From NCBI GenBank assembly GCA_002245135.1, contig NGBS01000881.1, forward strand, positions 1 through 64,000: a DNA stretch of 64,000 nucleotides, given 5' to 3'. How positions within the stretch are numbered: position 1 is the stretch's first letter; the number at the start of each line of letters is the position of its first letter. The stretch is from Proteromonas lacertae. Lineage: Eukaryota. Made by a program: the position numbers and the translations under genes. The notes under the pieces were generated by a model that was not told where the DNA came from, did not search any database, and saw only the letters and a list, made by a program, of their open reading frames with translations. This document shows positions 20,431 through 34,000 of the stretch, in pieces.

Positions 20431-21561
20431 ATGGAAGATGAAGAAGGGATTGCTCAAGCAGCAAAGCTAATAAAAGAGTGTGATATACTTTTATTTGTTA
20501 CTGGAGCAGGTTGGTCCGCTGATTCAAAGCTGCCTGTGTATAAAGACGTTGCAAGTATAAATATGAAGTATGAGTTTATAGAAAATGAAATTTATGCGAA
20601 TCAGAATATAACTTATTATGATTTATGTAAAGAAGAAATGGTATTTCATATTTTTAATTATAGATTAGTTTATAGATAAACCTGACATATATTGGGGATT
20701 TTGGGGTAGTTGCTATGATGATTATCACAATGCTATACTACATCATGGATATGATATTTTGAAAGAGTGGAATGAAAATGTATTTCAAAAGAAAGATAAA
20801 TCAAAAAAGAATTAGGAAAATATATAACCAATATTTGGAAAGAAAAAATGAATAAGAATAGAAGACATTATGATAAATTATACTATCATTATAAAGAAGA
20901 TTATGAATCTTTTTCATCTCCTTTATTTTTATTAACATCTAATGTTGATCATCATTTTTATAATTATGGATTTGATTCGAAGTTAATTTATGAAATACAC
21001 GGTAACTGTGATTATATTCAATGTGGTAATGAAAAATGTACAAATATGAAATCGTGGTTAATACAACCACCAAATATTCGGTTTAATGTTCCAAAAGATA
21101 CATTATTATATAATGTAAATTACAGTGAAGATAATAAAATATTATTTTGTCAAAAATGTGGTAATTTAGGTAGACCAAATGTAATGATGTTCGATGATAC
21201 CACTTATTGTCATAATACAATTGCGTATAAAACATATAAGCTGTGGGAGTTAGGTGTGGAAGAATTGATGAAAAACAATGATAATATTTCTGTTGTTATA
21301 TTAGAAATTGGTTGTGGAAATAGAGTTCCAACATTAAGAATGGAGAGTGAAGATATAATGGAATCTATTTTATCAAAAGAAGATGGATTTCAACCACAAT
21401 ACACTGATGATGGAAGATCAAGAATAAAAACAATAAGAGTGAATTTAGAAGAATGTTATTGTGATGATAATTGTGTAGATGGCAATTATTTGTGTATAAA
21501 AGACACAGCATTGCATTTTATGGAAAGAGTTGATTCATTACTCACAGATTGGAAGAAGTAG
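20431..21561 (+). CDS. Sirtuin (SIR2 family NAD-dependent deacylase); introns 20555-20581 and 20641-20668, probable homopolymer frameshift near 20805
   Basis: TGAGWSADSKLP, YWGFWG, TSNVDHHF, EIHGNCDYIQC, CQKCGNLGRPNVMMFDD and VILEIGCG. Confidence 0.88.
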
Positions 21562-21716
21562 ACAAAATTAATCAACTAAATACTAATAATTAGATATTAT
21601 TACATTGTTTTAGAATTATTAGAGTGTTATTTGTTGTAACTCTTTTTATATTTTATAAATACACAATACATTTGTATTTTGTATTACCCTCTTTTTTGAA
21701 AATATGGTATATTGCA

Positions 21717-22450
21717 ATGCGAAGTAATCAAATTTATTCTATATATCAAAAAATATATGCATTATTTAATTTAAAATGGGATTTAACAGACTGGATGTGG
21801 TTTTGTCATTTACTAAGTGTTTACTCACATAGAATATCGTTGTACAATTGCATATCAATTTACTTTCTTATTGTTGGTGAAGAAAAAGAAGGAAAGAAGT
21901 TGGAATTTGTTGATTTTTTTAAATGTTGTGGTGAGCTGTCTGAAATATTGTATCCAAATAAAGGATCATTACTATATAAACTAGAATTACTGTTTAAAAG
22001 ATACTTGAAAATGGACTTATCTTTACAATTAAGCATTAAAAAGTCAATTGAAGTACATAGAAGTATATCTCCGTTGCAGCATATGTTGAAATGTAGTCTA
22101 AAACTGAGGCAATATGAGAAAATATTTCAAATCTTATACTTTCACTCACTTAAACTTGAATATTCAGCTACTAATGAAGATTATATAAAACAAAATAGAA
22201 TTTATTCAACTTGGAATGATGTAGTGAATATAATGAATGAAATAATTCTTGTTCCAAATCTATCAAATAATAAATATATTTTACAATCAATCCAATATCA
22301 TGATGGAATAATTAACAAGTTAATAAAAGAAGATGAAAAACCTCAAAAAGTTTCATTTTCTTCGTTTATTGAAAGAATTTTAATATGTTTTTATTTTATG
22401 ACTCCATCAAATGCACTTTATTCTGCCTGATGAAATATTTGATGTATATA

Positions 22451-22483
<33 letters not shown>

Positions 22484-24256
22484 ATATAGCTACAAATCAA
22501 TAGTCTTATTGATAGAATGAATAGAAGAGGATTAACATTAACTGATACTAATGTAACAAAAGATGATTCTCATAAAAATGTTGAAAAAATAGATAGTGAA
22601 AAATCAATTAATCAAACACAGACAAGCCCGATGATAGAATTACATAAACAGGATATATTATTCTCTCCTACAATTATTAGAAAGACATATAAAAGAGTGA
22701 ATCAACAAACCAAAATAGATAATTATGTTTTATTAAAGGATGAAAATAAAAACACTATGGATAATATGTTAAGACCGAAAATGAAAATAAAAAGATCATT
22801 ATCATCAACACCATGTAAAAGAAATATAATACCAAAAACAATTGAATCAATGAATTATTTGAAACAGAAATTCAAAATATAAACTAGTAACATCATCTTC
22901 AGAAGAGAAAAAGAAAGTAGTAAAAAAGTCTCCAAAGAAAATATTATCCAATACAATTCCATTTGCCAGAGTTACATATTATGATAATTGCAGCAAAATT
23001 GCACTACAACCATCTTCACCGAAGGAAACAGTAAATTTAGGTAGAAAACTTACAAAATCAAATCAAATAATATTATCATATTCTCCATCCACTACAAATA
23101 GGAATAATGGTCAGATAAATTCTCATATTAGTGAAATAGAGAATACAATAAAAACAATATCTCAACCACAATCTTCAATGAAGAAAAGAAAGTCAAATAC
23201 AATTCCATTTTCACAAATCAAAGATCAACTTATGAAATTAAACAAAGGCAATACAAGTGAAAAAACTAATCATAGTAAAGAATCATTTAAATTATCATTT
23301 TCAAATAAAAACATATTTGACAATAATATTTTTATATCTTCAATACAGAGAGTACAAAAAAATAATAATGAACAAGAAAAATCCAATTTAAGTAGATTAA
23401 ATGAAAAGTTCAATCCATCAGAACAAAAATGATGTAATTCATTCGTTTATGAGTGATTCTATGATAAATAACATGGAAGAAATGAAAAAAGAGGATAAGT
23501 GATTTTAGTATGTCAATACCATTAGAACCATTTAATAGCAATTACAAAGATAATACTGTTGCAATGATATATCAATTATATTCGTATATATCATCCATTA
23601 CCCCTATTACAACATATAATCTATATTGCCATTTAAGACATTTTCATGTTATTGATAAAATTTGCACAGTTTACGATGTATATACTATTATCAAGAATAA
23701 TTCATTCACATTTAATGATGAAATTATTCCATTTACTGATTTTAATAGTATTATGAATGATATATTGGATATTGTTATTGAAGAAGCTAATGATAATAAT
23801 AATTATAATAATAGTAAAGAAGAACGAAGTGGACATTATATTGTCAAAATGTTTAGTGATTATAGTAACAATATAATATCACCATTATCACCATTATCAC
23901 CTTCTATAATTTATGATTTATTTACTGAGAATAGTTTGAAATTATTAGATCGTTTAGAAATGAATATATCTCAGTTGATTGAAAAGATTTTACCAAATAT
24001 AAATATGAAGAGTGATGATGATAATGTATTTGATATGTTAATGATCATAAATCAGAATTTAGCTTCTTCATTGTTTATTCCTTTACTCTTAAATAATGAA
24101 GATTTAATTGATGTATATAATCTTATTTCTAAAGATGAAAGGTGTGAAACTGGCAATATAGAATGGATTATAGAATATATTATTCTTATTTCAATGAAAT
24201 CATACCATTGTCAAGATATTTTTATCACATTAAGTGCAATATTAGAATATTTATAA
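21717..24256 (+). CDS. Hypothetical protein in several fragments (introns/frameshifts), with a low-complexity Ser/Lys-rich middle
   Basis: Co-oriented ORFs 21624-22430, 22517-22882, 23178-23432 and 23510-24256, with an intron-like GTATATA...TAG at ~22444-22489. Boundaries uncertain. Confidence 0.45.
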
Positions 24257-25060
24257 CTTAGATGATTTTATTTCTTTGTTGTTTGATGGGAAATTGAAAA
24301 ATATTTCATTACACAGTTATCAACATAAAAGTGTTATTCTGCAAAACATACATAAACGTCAAATGAAGAATTTAAAATGCCAAAAATATACATACTTACA
24401 AATATACTAACAAATATTGAATTATTGATATTCATCCTATTTATTCATCAGTTCTTTATATGAATATATATTCTGCTTTAATTAATGTAATTTCACATAG
24501 TTGGTCATTTAATACACTTTTAAAATGAAGATTTTAAATTCTAATTTGATTATATATCCGTTTCATGAGCATTTATTTATTTTTTGGTTTTTCTTTATGA
24601 TTATTAATCAGAATCACACTAATAAATGAATTACAATTGTATGAACTGTAAAATTTGAATATTATAGTATAATTCGAAAAGCTTAAAAAATGTTGTATTA
24701 GATAGATCAAATTATAAATTAAACAAGTTGAACAAAGTAAATAGATTATATAGAAAGTCATGAAATGGTTCTATCCGTTCTAAACGTATTTGAAGAATAT
24801 AAATCTGACCTATGAATATTATATTCGTTATTGTAGTGTGTATGAGAATAGTGAATTGTATATATATTTTTCTATATCTAGTGTGAAGATTATTGTGATT
24901 TTGTTCAGTTAAAGTGTTTGGATAATATGTATATGATATTTATAAAGTATATATACGAATTATAATCATATTCTGTTTTATTATATAGTTCCATAAAAAT
25001 TTGTGAAAAATTTAGATCATTTGGGGATTGAAAAATTATTTACGTTTTGAATAATATCAT

Positions 25061-28000
25061 ATGAAATTAGTACTTATCTTAGGTCTGTTGAGTATATTAT
25101 GTTCAGTATTTTAATATAGTTATATCCTGTAGAGGATATACTCTCACAACAGACTTGTTTGAGTTATCATTAGAGAGATCAGCAAACATCTCGATAGTTA
25201 GTGATGAGAATAAAATAACATCATGCATCATTTATCCTGGTTTACCTAATGGGTTAAGCTTATCTCAACATTGTGTATTAAGTGGTAAATCAAGTAGAAC
25301 GTTAGACAGGCGAGAATTTGAATTGAAATATGTTGATAATAGTACTGCATATAAAGCTACTATAAAAATTGTTGTTTATGGAACATTATCAAATTGTAAT
25401 TATGGAGTATCTGGAGATGGAATAATGATATCTAAAGATGAATCATTTACAATACAACCTCCCAGATGTAATGCGCCAATAAAATCATGTACTTGTGGAA
25501 ATTTACCAACTGGAGTAAATATTGCTGAAAATGGTACAATTTACACTGAAGGATCGACAATTGAATCTGCAAAAGTGAGTTATAATATTATATGCACTGA
25601 TGGAACAAATTCTGTTACTGTAGCATTAAAATTAGGCATAGGCTCGAATACTGGTTCGAGTCCACTTCAATATTTTCAATATCCAACCGATGATTTTGCT
25701 TTCTTTCTTAATAGAGAAGCATCAATATCACCAACATATTTAGGTAATATAAAAGTAGGTGGCTGTAGTTATACATCAAAAACATACAATTTAATGGCTG
25801 GTCTTTCTGTAAATTCCAATACTTGTGTACTTGGTGGTAAATTCTCTTCCTATCCTCCTGATGAGTATGCTAGAGATCATCTTCTTATAGTTACTGCAAT
25901 CTCTGCTAATGATCTTAGTAAGTGTACATTCACTATTAGAATAAGATATATAAGTGATGGTTATATAAATTATATTCATGGTTGGTTGATAAAATTCTAT
26001 CGATTTAAAACTGCAAATTGTGTAGATAAATATCTAAAAATCAAGATGATAGTCAAAAAGAATTAATATATGTTGGTGTAAGAGATTATATCAATTATAC
26101 AGCTGGTAGTAGTTTATGGCCAGAATATGGTTGGCATTTAGAACAACAATCATCCTTAAGTGGGATTGGTTTTTTCCATACTAGCCAAAGAACATTTGAT
26201 GCATATAGTGGTTCAACTCTAGTAATTGTTGCTAATAATAATGAGTGGCCTGCTCCTGGGTATAAGACCTTCATTATGTTGGTAAAGCATGATTGTAGTA
26301 TACCGAGTACGGTATTTTTAGTGGTGGTACTTTTACGAAAATCAGAGAATTACATCAACATAGAGGAGTAGGAGCAGATGATCAATTTCAATATTTAGTT
26401 CGGATTATACAGATGATCAGCAACAGGTAATTTGATAGGTCCTTCATATAGTTTGTCATCAATATTTAGGATTTTTTGAATATTCATTAATGAAAGCAAT
26501 ATATCCAGCACATACAAAAATACCAATAAACAAACCAGTATTACAGGGATGGTTTATATCTCGTCCTCCTTCTAGTTATGAAATAGACAGAGAATTACCA
26601 CTTGGATTAGAATTTGATCCAGTAACAGGATATATAAGTGGATATACTGATGAAATTATGGAGTCAAAGTATTATACAATTACAGTAAGAGGTAAAGATG
26701 GAAGTACTCCATATGCAATAATATGTGAAATAGAAATAGGAATTGAAGAATTTACTAGTTCTGTAAATGAAGTCGAATGTGATTCTACAATATTGCAATG
26801 GAAAAGTAGATAATGGTATTACTCCAATTATTTGTTCAGGTAAAAATGGTATAAGAATGCTGTTTCACTCAACTGATTTACCATCTAGGTTTGAAGATAA
26901 GTGATGATGGTATAATAAGTGGAATTCCATTAGAAGAAATATCTGGTCATAATTCAACAATCTATGGTTATTCCATAAATGGAGTTAGTTCAACTGAAAT
27001 CCAATTCAATTTTATAATTGCTTGTAATTTTAATTCATTTTATTTTAATTATACTCTTGAAACTCCAGGAACAGCATTTACAATTAAACAGGGTGAAGAA
27101 GTATTAGTCTCAAGTAATGATACAGTAGTAGCCCAAAAAGAGAATATGAAAGTTGCCTGTGCAAAATATGAGAATGATTTGAAATTAATAATAGATAGTA
27201 GTTCTATAATTGGTGGAAGATTTGTGATTAGTTATGAAAATAAAGAGTTAGTATTATATTCAGGAAAAGTAGAAGATATATCAGATCAAAGAGAAATAGT
27301 TGTTAAATTTCCTAAAAAAGATGAAATTCCAATTGTTGCATATCCTGATATGACTAATTTGATAATCGGATTTGAATATTATATTGGTCCAGAAGTAAAA
27401 AATGGTGGTTATTTATTTGAAGTAGAAAATAACATTGGAGAAATAAGTTTTGATAATAAAACTGGTGCTTTTTATGGAGTTATTGAATCTGCATTTGATA
27501 AAGTGTTTAAAGTAAAAGCAACAAATAAGAATGGTAAAAGTTCATTGACTGAAGTACATATTATTTCATCAAAATGTGATAATGGTAAACAATTATTCAA
27601 ATTACATGCTGTAATAGGTAAATCTGATGATGGAATTGCATCAATAGTAATTAAAAGAAAGACTGATTCTGAAATTATTTTTTCAGCTAATGACATTATT
27701 TCATCATCATTTAGCTTACCATTTTGTGAATTACAAGGTGATTATACTGCAATATACTCTTTTACATCTGTTTCAAATATTGAAATACAATTAACAGATG
27801 TAGATGTAATACAAACCTTACCTCCAGGAATGAATTATGTTCAAGATTTCTTTGTATATAGAGTATATACAGGAGGTAATTGGTATTACACTTCCACATA
27901 TCAGTCTGATTGGATTACTACAACTAATTTTGATAATTCTTGGATTGTTAAACCAATGGGTGAATTTGAAGAAGTAAGTGGAATAGTAAGATATTATAAA

Positions 28001-31000
28001 TATCGATTTGCAGTTCCTAATACTGATTTAAGTACAGCGATAGTATTGTCATTAACATATGCTGGTGGTATAGCTGTTTACATAAATGAACATTTCGTAT
28101 ATATTAACAATTTACCTGATGGATACACAAGTACATCAGAAAGTAGTTCAGATACTAAACAAACAATCCAAATCCCAATCGTTAAGGCCTATTTCAATAG
28201 AAATGGAAGTGATAATTATATTTCAATAGAATGTCATTTTAAATCATCAATGAGCAAAAAGGAGAATTTGAAAGTTAATATGCAATACATGGAAATGAAT
28301 CGATGTATGGATGCACCTGGTATTAATGATGTTACAGTAACTGCGTTTGCTAAAGAAGGTGAAGCAGTATCAGATTCTTCTCTTCATGAAGTAGTTTTAC
28401 CTAATAATTTTAAAACTGCATTATATGGTCTACATGGTACTGGAGTATTTCATTACGATTATGCCTCATATAATGCTTATGATAATGCATGGTTTAAATA
28501 TAAATACAAATATCCAATAATGATTTCTAGATATTATTTTAGTGCAAGTGGAGGTAATAATGATCTTCTCTTTTTTGCTATAAGTTGGGATGTATTAGGA
28601 TCAAATGATGATAAAACATGGGATTTATTACATTCAGTGAGAAGATCTGCACAACCTCAAACACTACCAGAAGATAGACCATATTATATACCAAATTTAA
28701 AAGGACAATATAAATATTATATGTTTAATTTAACATCAAGAGGTGATAATAATCAAGTATTAGGAATTAGATATAGAACAGCAGGTATGTTTCCATCAAT
28801 ATGTAATTATCCAAAAACATGTGGTGATATTCCAATGGGAAGTAAAAGTTATTTCATGTGTCCAGAAGGTCAAGAGTCAAATTCAAAAACTATTGCTTCT
28901 GAGCCAATAAGAATAATAAGAGAATGTAGAAATGTAAATGGTGTTCCAACACTTCAGCCTGATGATTATGGTGGTAAGACTTGTTCAAGAGAACATATTA
29001 TTTTTGATGTTTCTTCAAATAAAGTAGTAGGGACAGTAGGAAGAGAAGTTCCAACTTATAGATCCTATTTATTTGTAGATCGAAGTACAACCACAACAAT
29101 AACATCATCTCCCGAATTACCTTTAGGAATAAAGATAGATCAATTAAGCGGAAGAATTTATGGTATACCCTATGAAGCTAGAGCAACTACAGCTTATACA
29201 ATAACTGTTACTAATAATGATTATCCAGCTGGACAAAGAACAGTATCAAAAACAATAAATCTGGAAATATTAACAAAGAATTGTTCTGTCGATGGTATTT
29301 GGCCAATGACTGAGTTTAATCATACAGCATCCTTGGAATGTGGAAATGGATGTGATGGTTATAAAAGTCGAAGATGTGAGTTGATAGATGGAGATGCTGT
29401 GTGGATGAATGAAATCGATTATAGTGGTTGTTTATATCCCAAATCAATCGAATATGATAATGTGACAAGTCATTATTTGAATCTAGGAGAATTAATTCCT
29501 AGAATCTTCTCTGTGAATAATAAAGATTTGACATTTATGATAATATCTGAAGATGAAGTATCTAAATTATTGAAAATCGATGAGAATAGTGGAATAATCC
29601 ATGGAAATTTAACAACTGATATAAAATCCAAAGATTATGAAATCTTTGTGAATATAAGTGGAAATCATACGATAACAAGTTCTTTTATAATAAGTGTTGA
29701 TATAATAATTCCAAATATTAGTTATATAAATGATAATTATAAAGGTGTAGTTGGTTTGAGTTTTGAAAGTGAATCTGGTATAATAGTTGGATATGAACCT
29801 CAATTATCAATATATCCTGATATTTCAACGATGAATGTTGGTTTATCATTTAATTCTTCGAATGGTAAAATCAGTGGAAAAGCAAGTAAATCAATGAATG
29901 AGACCTTTATGATAACTTTAATAAGTGGTGATTTACCTTCATCTTCATTTGAAATGAAAATCTTGATTGAAGAATTTGAATATGAGATAATGGATAAGAT
30001 ATATAAAAGTGACAAATTATCCATATCTCCTAAAGGTGTATTAGAAAATTCAACATTCTCTTTCAAAGAAGCTGAAATGAAGAAAAAATTAGAAAACTTG
30101 AATATCCATTTAGATGCGAATAGTGGTCGATTATACACTCCTGATGATAGAATAATAAATGACATATTGAATGAAACTATAATAATAATAGTGCAAAGTA
30201 TAAATGGAGAAGAAATAGAAACTGAGTTTACCTTAACAATTTTGAAGTATTTATGTTTGTCTGATGATATTTGGGTGGAAAGTGAATATAATGAAACAGT
30301 TTGGTTAGAATGTGGAAATGGATGTGATGGTTATAAAAGTCGAAAATGTGAGTTAGAAAATGGAAAAGTGAAATGGGGTGAAATCGATTATAGTGGTTGT
30401 TTATATCCCAAATCAATCGAATATGATAATGTGACAAGTCATTATTTGAATCTAGGAGAATTAATTCCTAGAATCTTCTCTGTGAATAATAAAGATTTGA
30501 CATTTATGATAATATCTGAAGATGAAGTATCTAAATTATTGAAAATCGATGAGAATAGTGGAATAATCCATGGAAATTTAACAACTGATATAAAATCCAA
30601 AGATTATGAAATCTTTGTGAATATAAGTGGAAATCATACGATAACAAGTTCTTTTATAATAAGTGTTGATATAATAATTCCAAATATTAGTTATATAAAT
30701 GATAATTATAAAGGTGTAGTTGGTTTGAGTTTTGAAAGTGAATCTGGTATAATAGTTGGATATGAACCTCAATTATCAATATATCCTGATATTTCAACGA
30801 TGAATGTTGGTTTATCATTTAATTCTTCGAATGGTAAAATCAGTGGAAAAGCAAGTAAATCAATGAATGAGACCTTTATGATAACTTTAATAAGTGGTGA
30901 TTTACCTTCATCTTCATTTGAAATGAAAATCTTGATTGAAGAATTTGAATATGAGATAATGGATAAGATATATAAAAGTGACAAATTATCCATATCTCCT

Positions 31001-34000
31001 AAAGGTGTATTAGAAAATTCAACATTCTCTTTCAAAGAAGCTGAAATGAAGAAAAAATTAGAAAACTTGAATATCCATTTAGATGCGAATAGTGGTCGAT
31101 TATACACTCCTGATGATAGAATAATAAATGACATATTGAATGAAACTATAATAATAATAGTGCAAAGTATAAATGGAGAAGAAATAGAAACTGAGTTTAC
31201 CTTAACAATTTTGAAGTATTTATGTTTGTCTGATGATATTTGGGTGGAAAGTGAATATAATGAAACAGTTTGGTTAGAATGTGGAAATGGATGTGATGGT
31301 TATAAAAGTCGAAAATGTGAGTTAGAAAATGGAAAAGTGAAATGGGGTGAAATCGATTATAGTGGTTGTTTATATCCCAAATCAATCGAATATGATAATG
31401 TGACAAGTCATTATTTGAATCTAGGAGAATTAATTCCTAGAATCTTCTCTGTGAATAATAAAGATTTGACATTTATGATAATATCTGAAGATGAAGTATC
31501 TAAATTATTGAAAATCGATGAGAATAGTGGAATAATCCATGGAAATTTAACAACTGATATAAAATCCAAAGATTATGAAATCTTTGTGAATATAAGTGGA
31601 AATCATACGATAACAAGTTCTTTTATAATAAGTGTTGATATAATAATTCCAAATATTAGTTATATAAATGATAATTATAAAGGTGTAGTTGGTTTGAGTT
31701 TTGAAAGTGAATCTGGTATAATAGTTGGATATGAACCTCAATTATCAATATATCCTGATATTTCAACGATGAATGTTGGTTTATCATTTAATTCTTCGAA
31801 TGGTAAAATCAGTGGAAAAGCAAGTAAATCAATGAATGAGACCTTTATGATAACTTTAATAAGTGGTGATTTACCTTCATCTTCATTTGAAATGAAAATC
31901 TTGATTGAAGAATTTGAATATGAGATAATGGATAAGATATATAAAAGTGACAAATTATCCATATCTCCTAAAGGTGTATTAGAAAATTCAACATTCTCTT
32001 TCAAAGAAGCTGAAATGAAGAAAAAATTAGAAAACTTGAATATCCATTTAGATGCGAATAGTGGTCGATTATACACTCCTGATGATAGAATAATAAATGA
32101 CATATTGAATGAAACTATAATAATAATAGTGCAAAGTATAAATGGAGAAGAAATAGAAACTGAGTTTACTTTAAAAATTTTGAAGTATACATTCAATTAT
32201 ACTGATATAAAAGAAATATACCATAAAGGTGAATCATTAGAAATAAAACCAAATATCATATATGATAACGTAATGATATTCAAAATTAATAAGGATAGTA
32301 GTAATATTTTGAAAGTGTTAGGAATAGAATTAAATCCATATACAGGTGTTATATCAAGTAATGGAATACTAAGTGTAGTAGATAATCATATTTTAGTGAT
32401 GAATGTAATTCAAAGATTAATTGATGGTAAAGAATATGAAGCAGAAGTAATTCTTTATTTGTACTATCCAAGTCCACCAGAATTTGTATATGAGATGGAA
32501 GAAATGTATTATTATAAAGATAAAATCTATATATCTCCAAGTAATAGAAGTGAAAATTCAATATTTATGATTGATCCTTTGGAGATGGAAAATAAACTAA
32601 ATGATATAGGAATAAGTTTTAATAAAACAAATGGATTAATAAAAAGTGATAATATAACTGGTTATATTAATGAAACGTTTAGAATAATACAAAGCAATGA
32701 ATATGAACCAGAAAATAAAGAATATGCAATGAAACTGTTAGTCATTGATAGTCCAACAACAGAAGTAACAACAGAATTAACAACAGAAGTAACTACAGAA
32801 GTAACTAAAGAAGCAACAACAGAACCAACTACAACAACTGAGTTAATTGATGATTCATTTTATCAATTAATAACTTCAGATTTTGAAATGATTATATTGA
32901 ATAGATCTTATACAATTGATATGAAATATTGGATAATTCCTAATACCACAAAATGGAACATATTAGAAGGTAGAAATGAAAAAACAGCAATTATATTGGA
33001 ATGTAGAAATTCATATGATATTAGATTATTCAATGAATTGAACAGTAAAGTATTGAAACATTTGAGATTTATAATAAAGATGAAAGGAGATGATAATATA
33101 TCAAATCAATTATCAATAAAATCAAAATCAATATTTGGATCAATAAAAAACAGTTACTTGTATGATATAGAAATAAAAATAGAAAATGATATAACAATAG
33201 AAGTAGATAATAATAGAATAAATGGATTATTATTTGATTCTTTAACTGCCACAACATTATTACATGTTGGAATAGTAAGTAAGAAATCAGTGACAATAAA
33301 TGTAAAGCTTCATAATATAGTATTTGGTTTAATAAGTGGGAAGATTGATAATAGTTTAAATAATAATAGAATAATTAGTGGAATATATGTAAAATTGAAT
33401 AAATATACAATTGAATCTTCAAATGACAATTTAAAGAGTGGTGTATTATTTGGTGAAGTGAATAATATAATATCATCATATAGTTTTATTGATATAAATT
33501 GTATGAATATGAATATAAAGAATGGAATTAATAGTTTAATGATTGGTAATAGTATTGATAATACACTTGAAATAATAAGGAATTTTGTGGTTATAAGAAG
33601 TTTTTTTAATGTGAATGGTTATATAGATTTAGAATTTGGTGTATATAGTGGAAATAGAAGTGTTAAAATAAATGAATGTTTTAGTGATATTAAAGTAGGA
33701 TATATTGAAGGATCAACAATATCATCATCACTAATAATGAATATAAATGGAAAAGAAACAATTAATAGTTATAATTATATTCACATAACCAAAGCAATTC
33801 ATGGCAATGTAAAATTGTATTTAATATCTAAAGATTCTGTTTCATCAATTATTAATACATTTATATCAATAAGTTTATCAGATGGTGTTAGAATAGCTAA
33901 AGATATTATTCAAACAGTCGAAAATAGTGATTCTAATACTATAAAGAATGTTTATATTGAAAAATCAAAAACAGTGAATATAAAGAGTGGAGATGAGAGA

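Noticed and set aside
29609..32561. Repeated minus-strand ORFs (64-152 aa)
   Set aside because: Antisense shadows of the 969-bp coding repeat.
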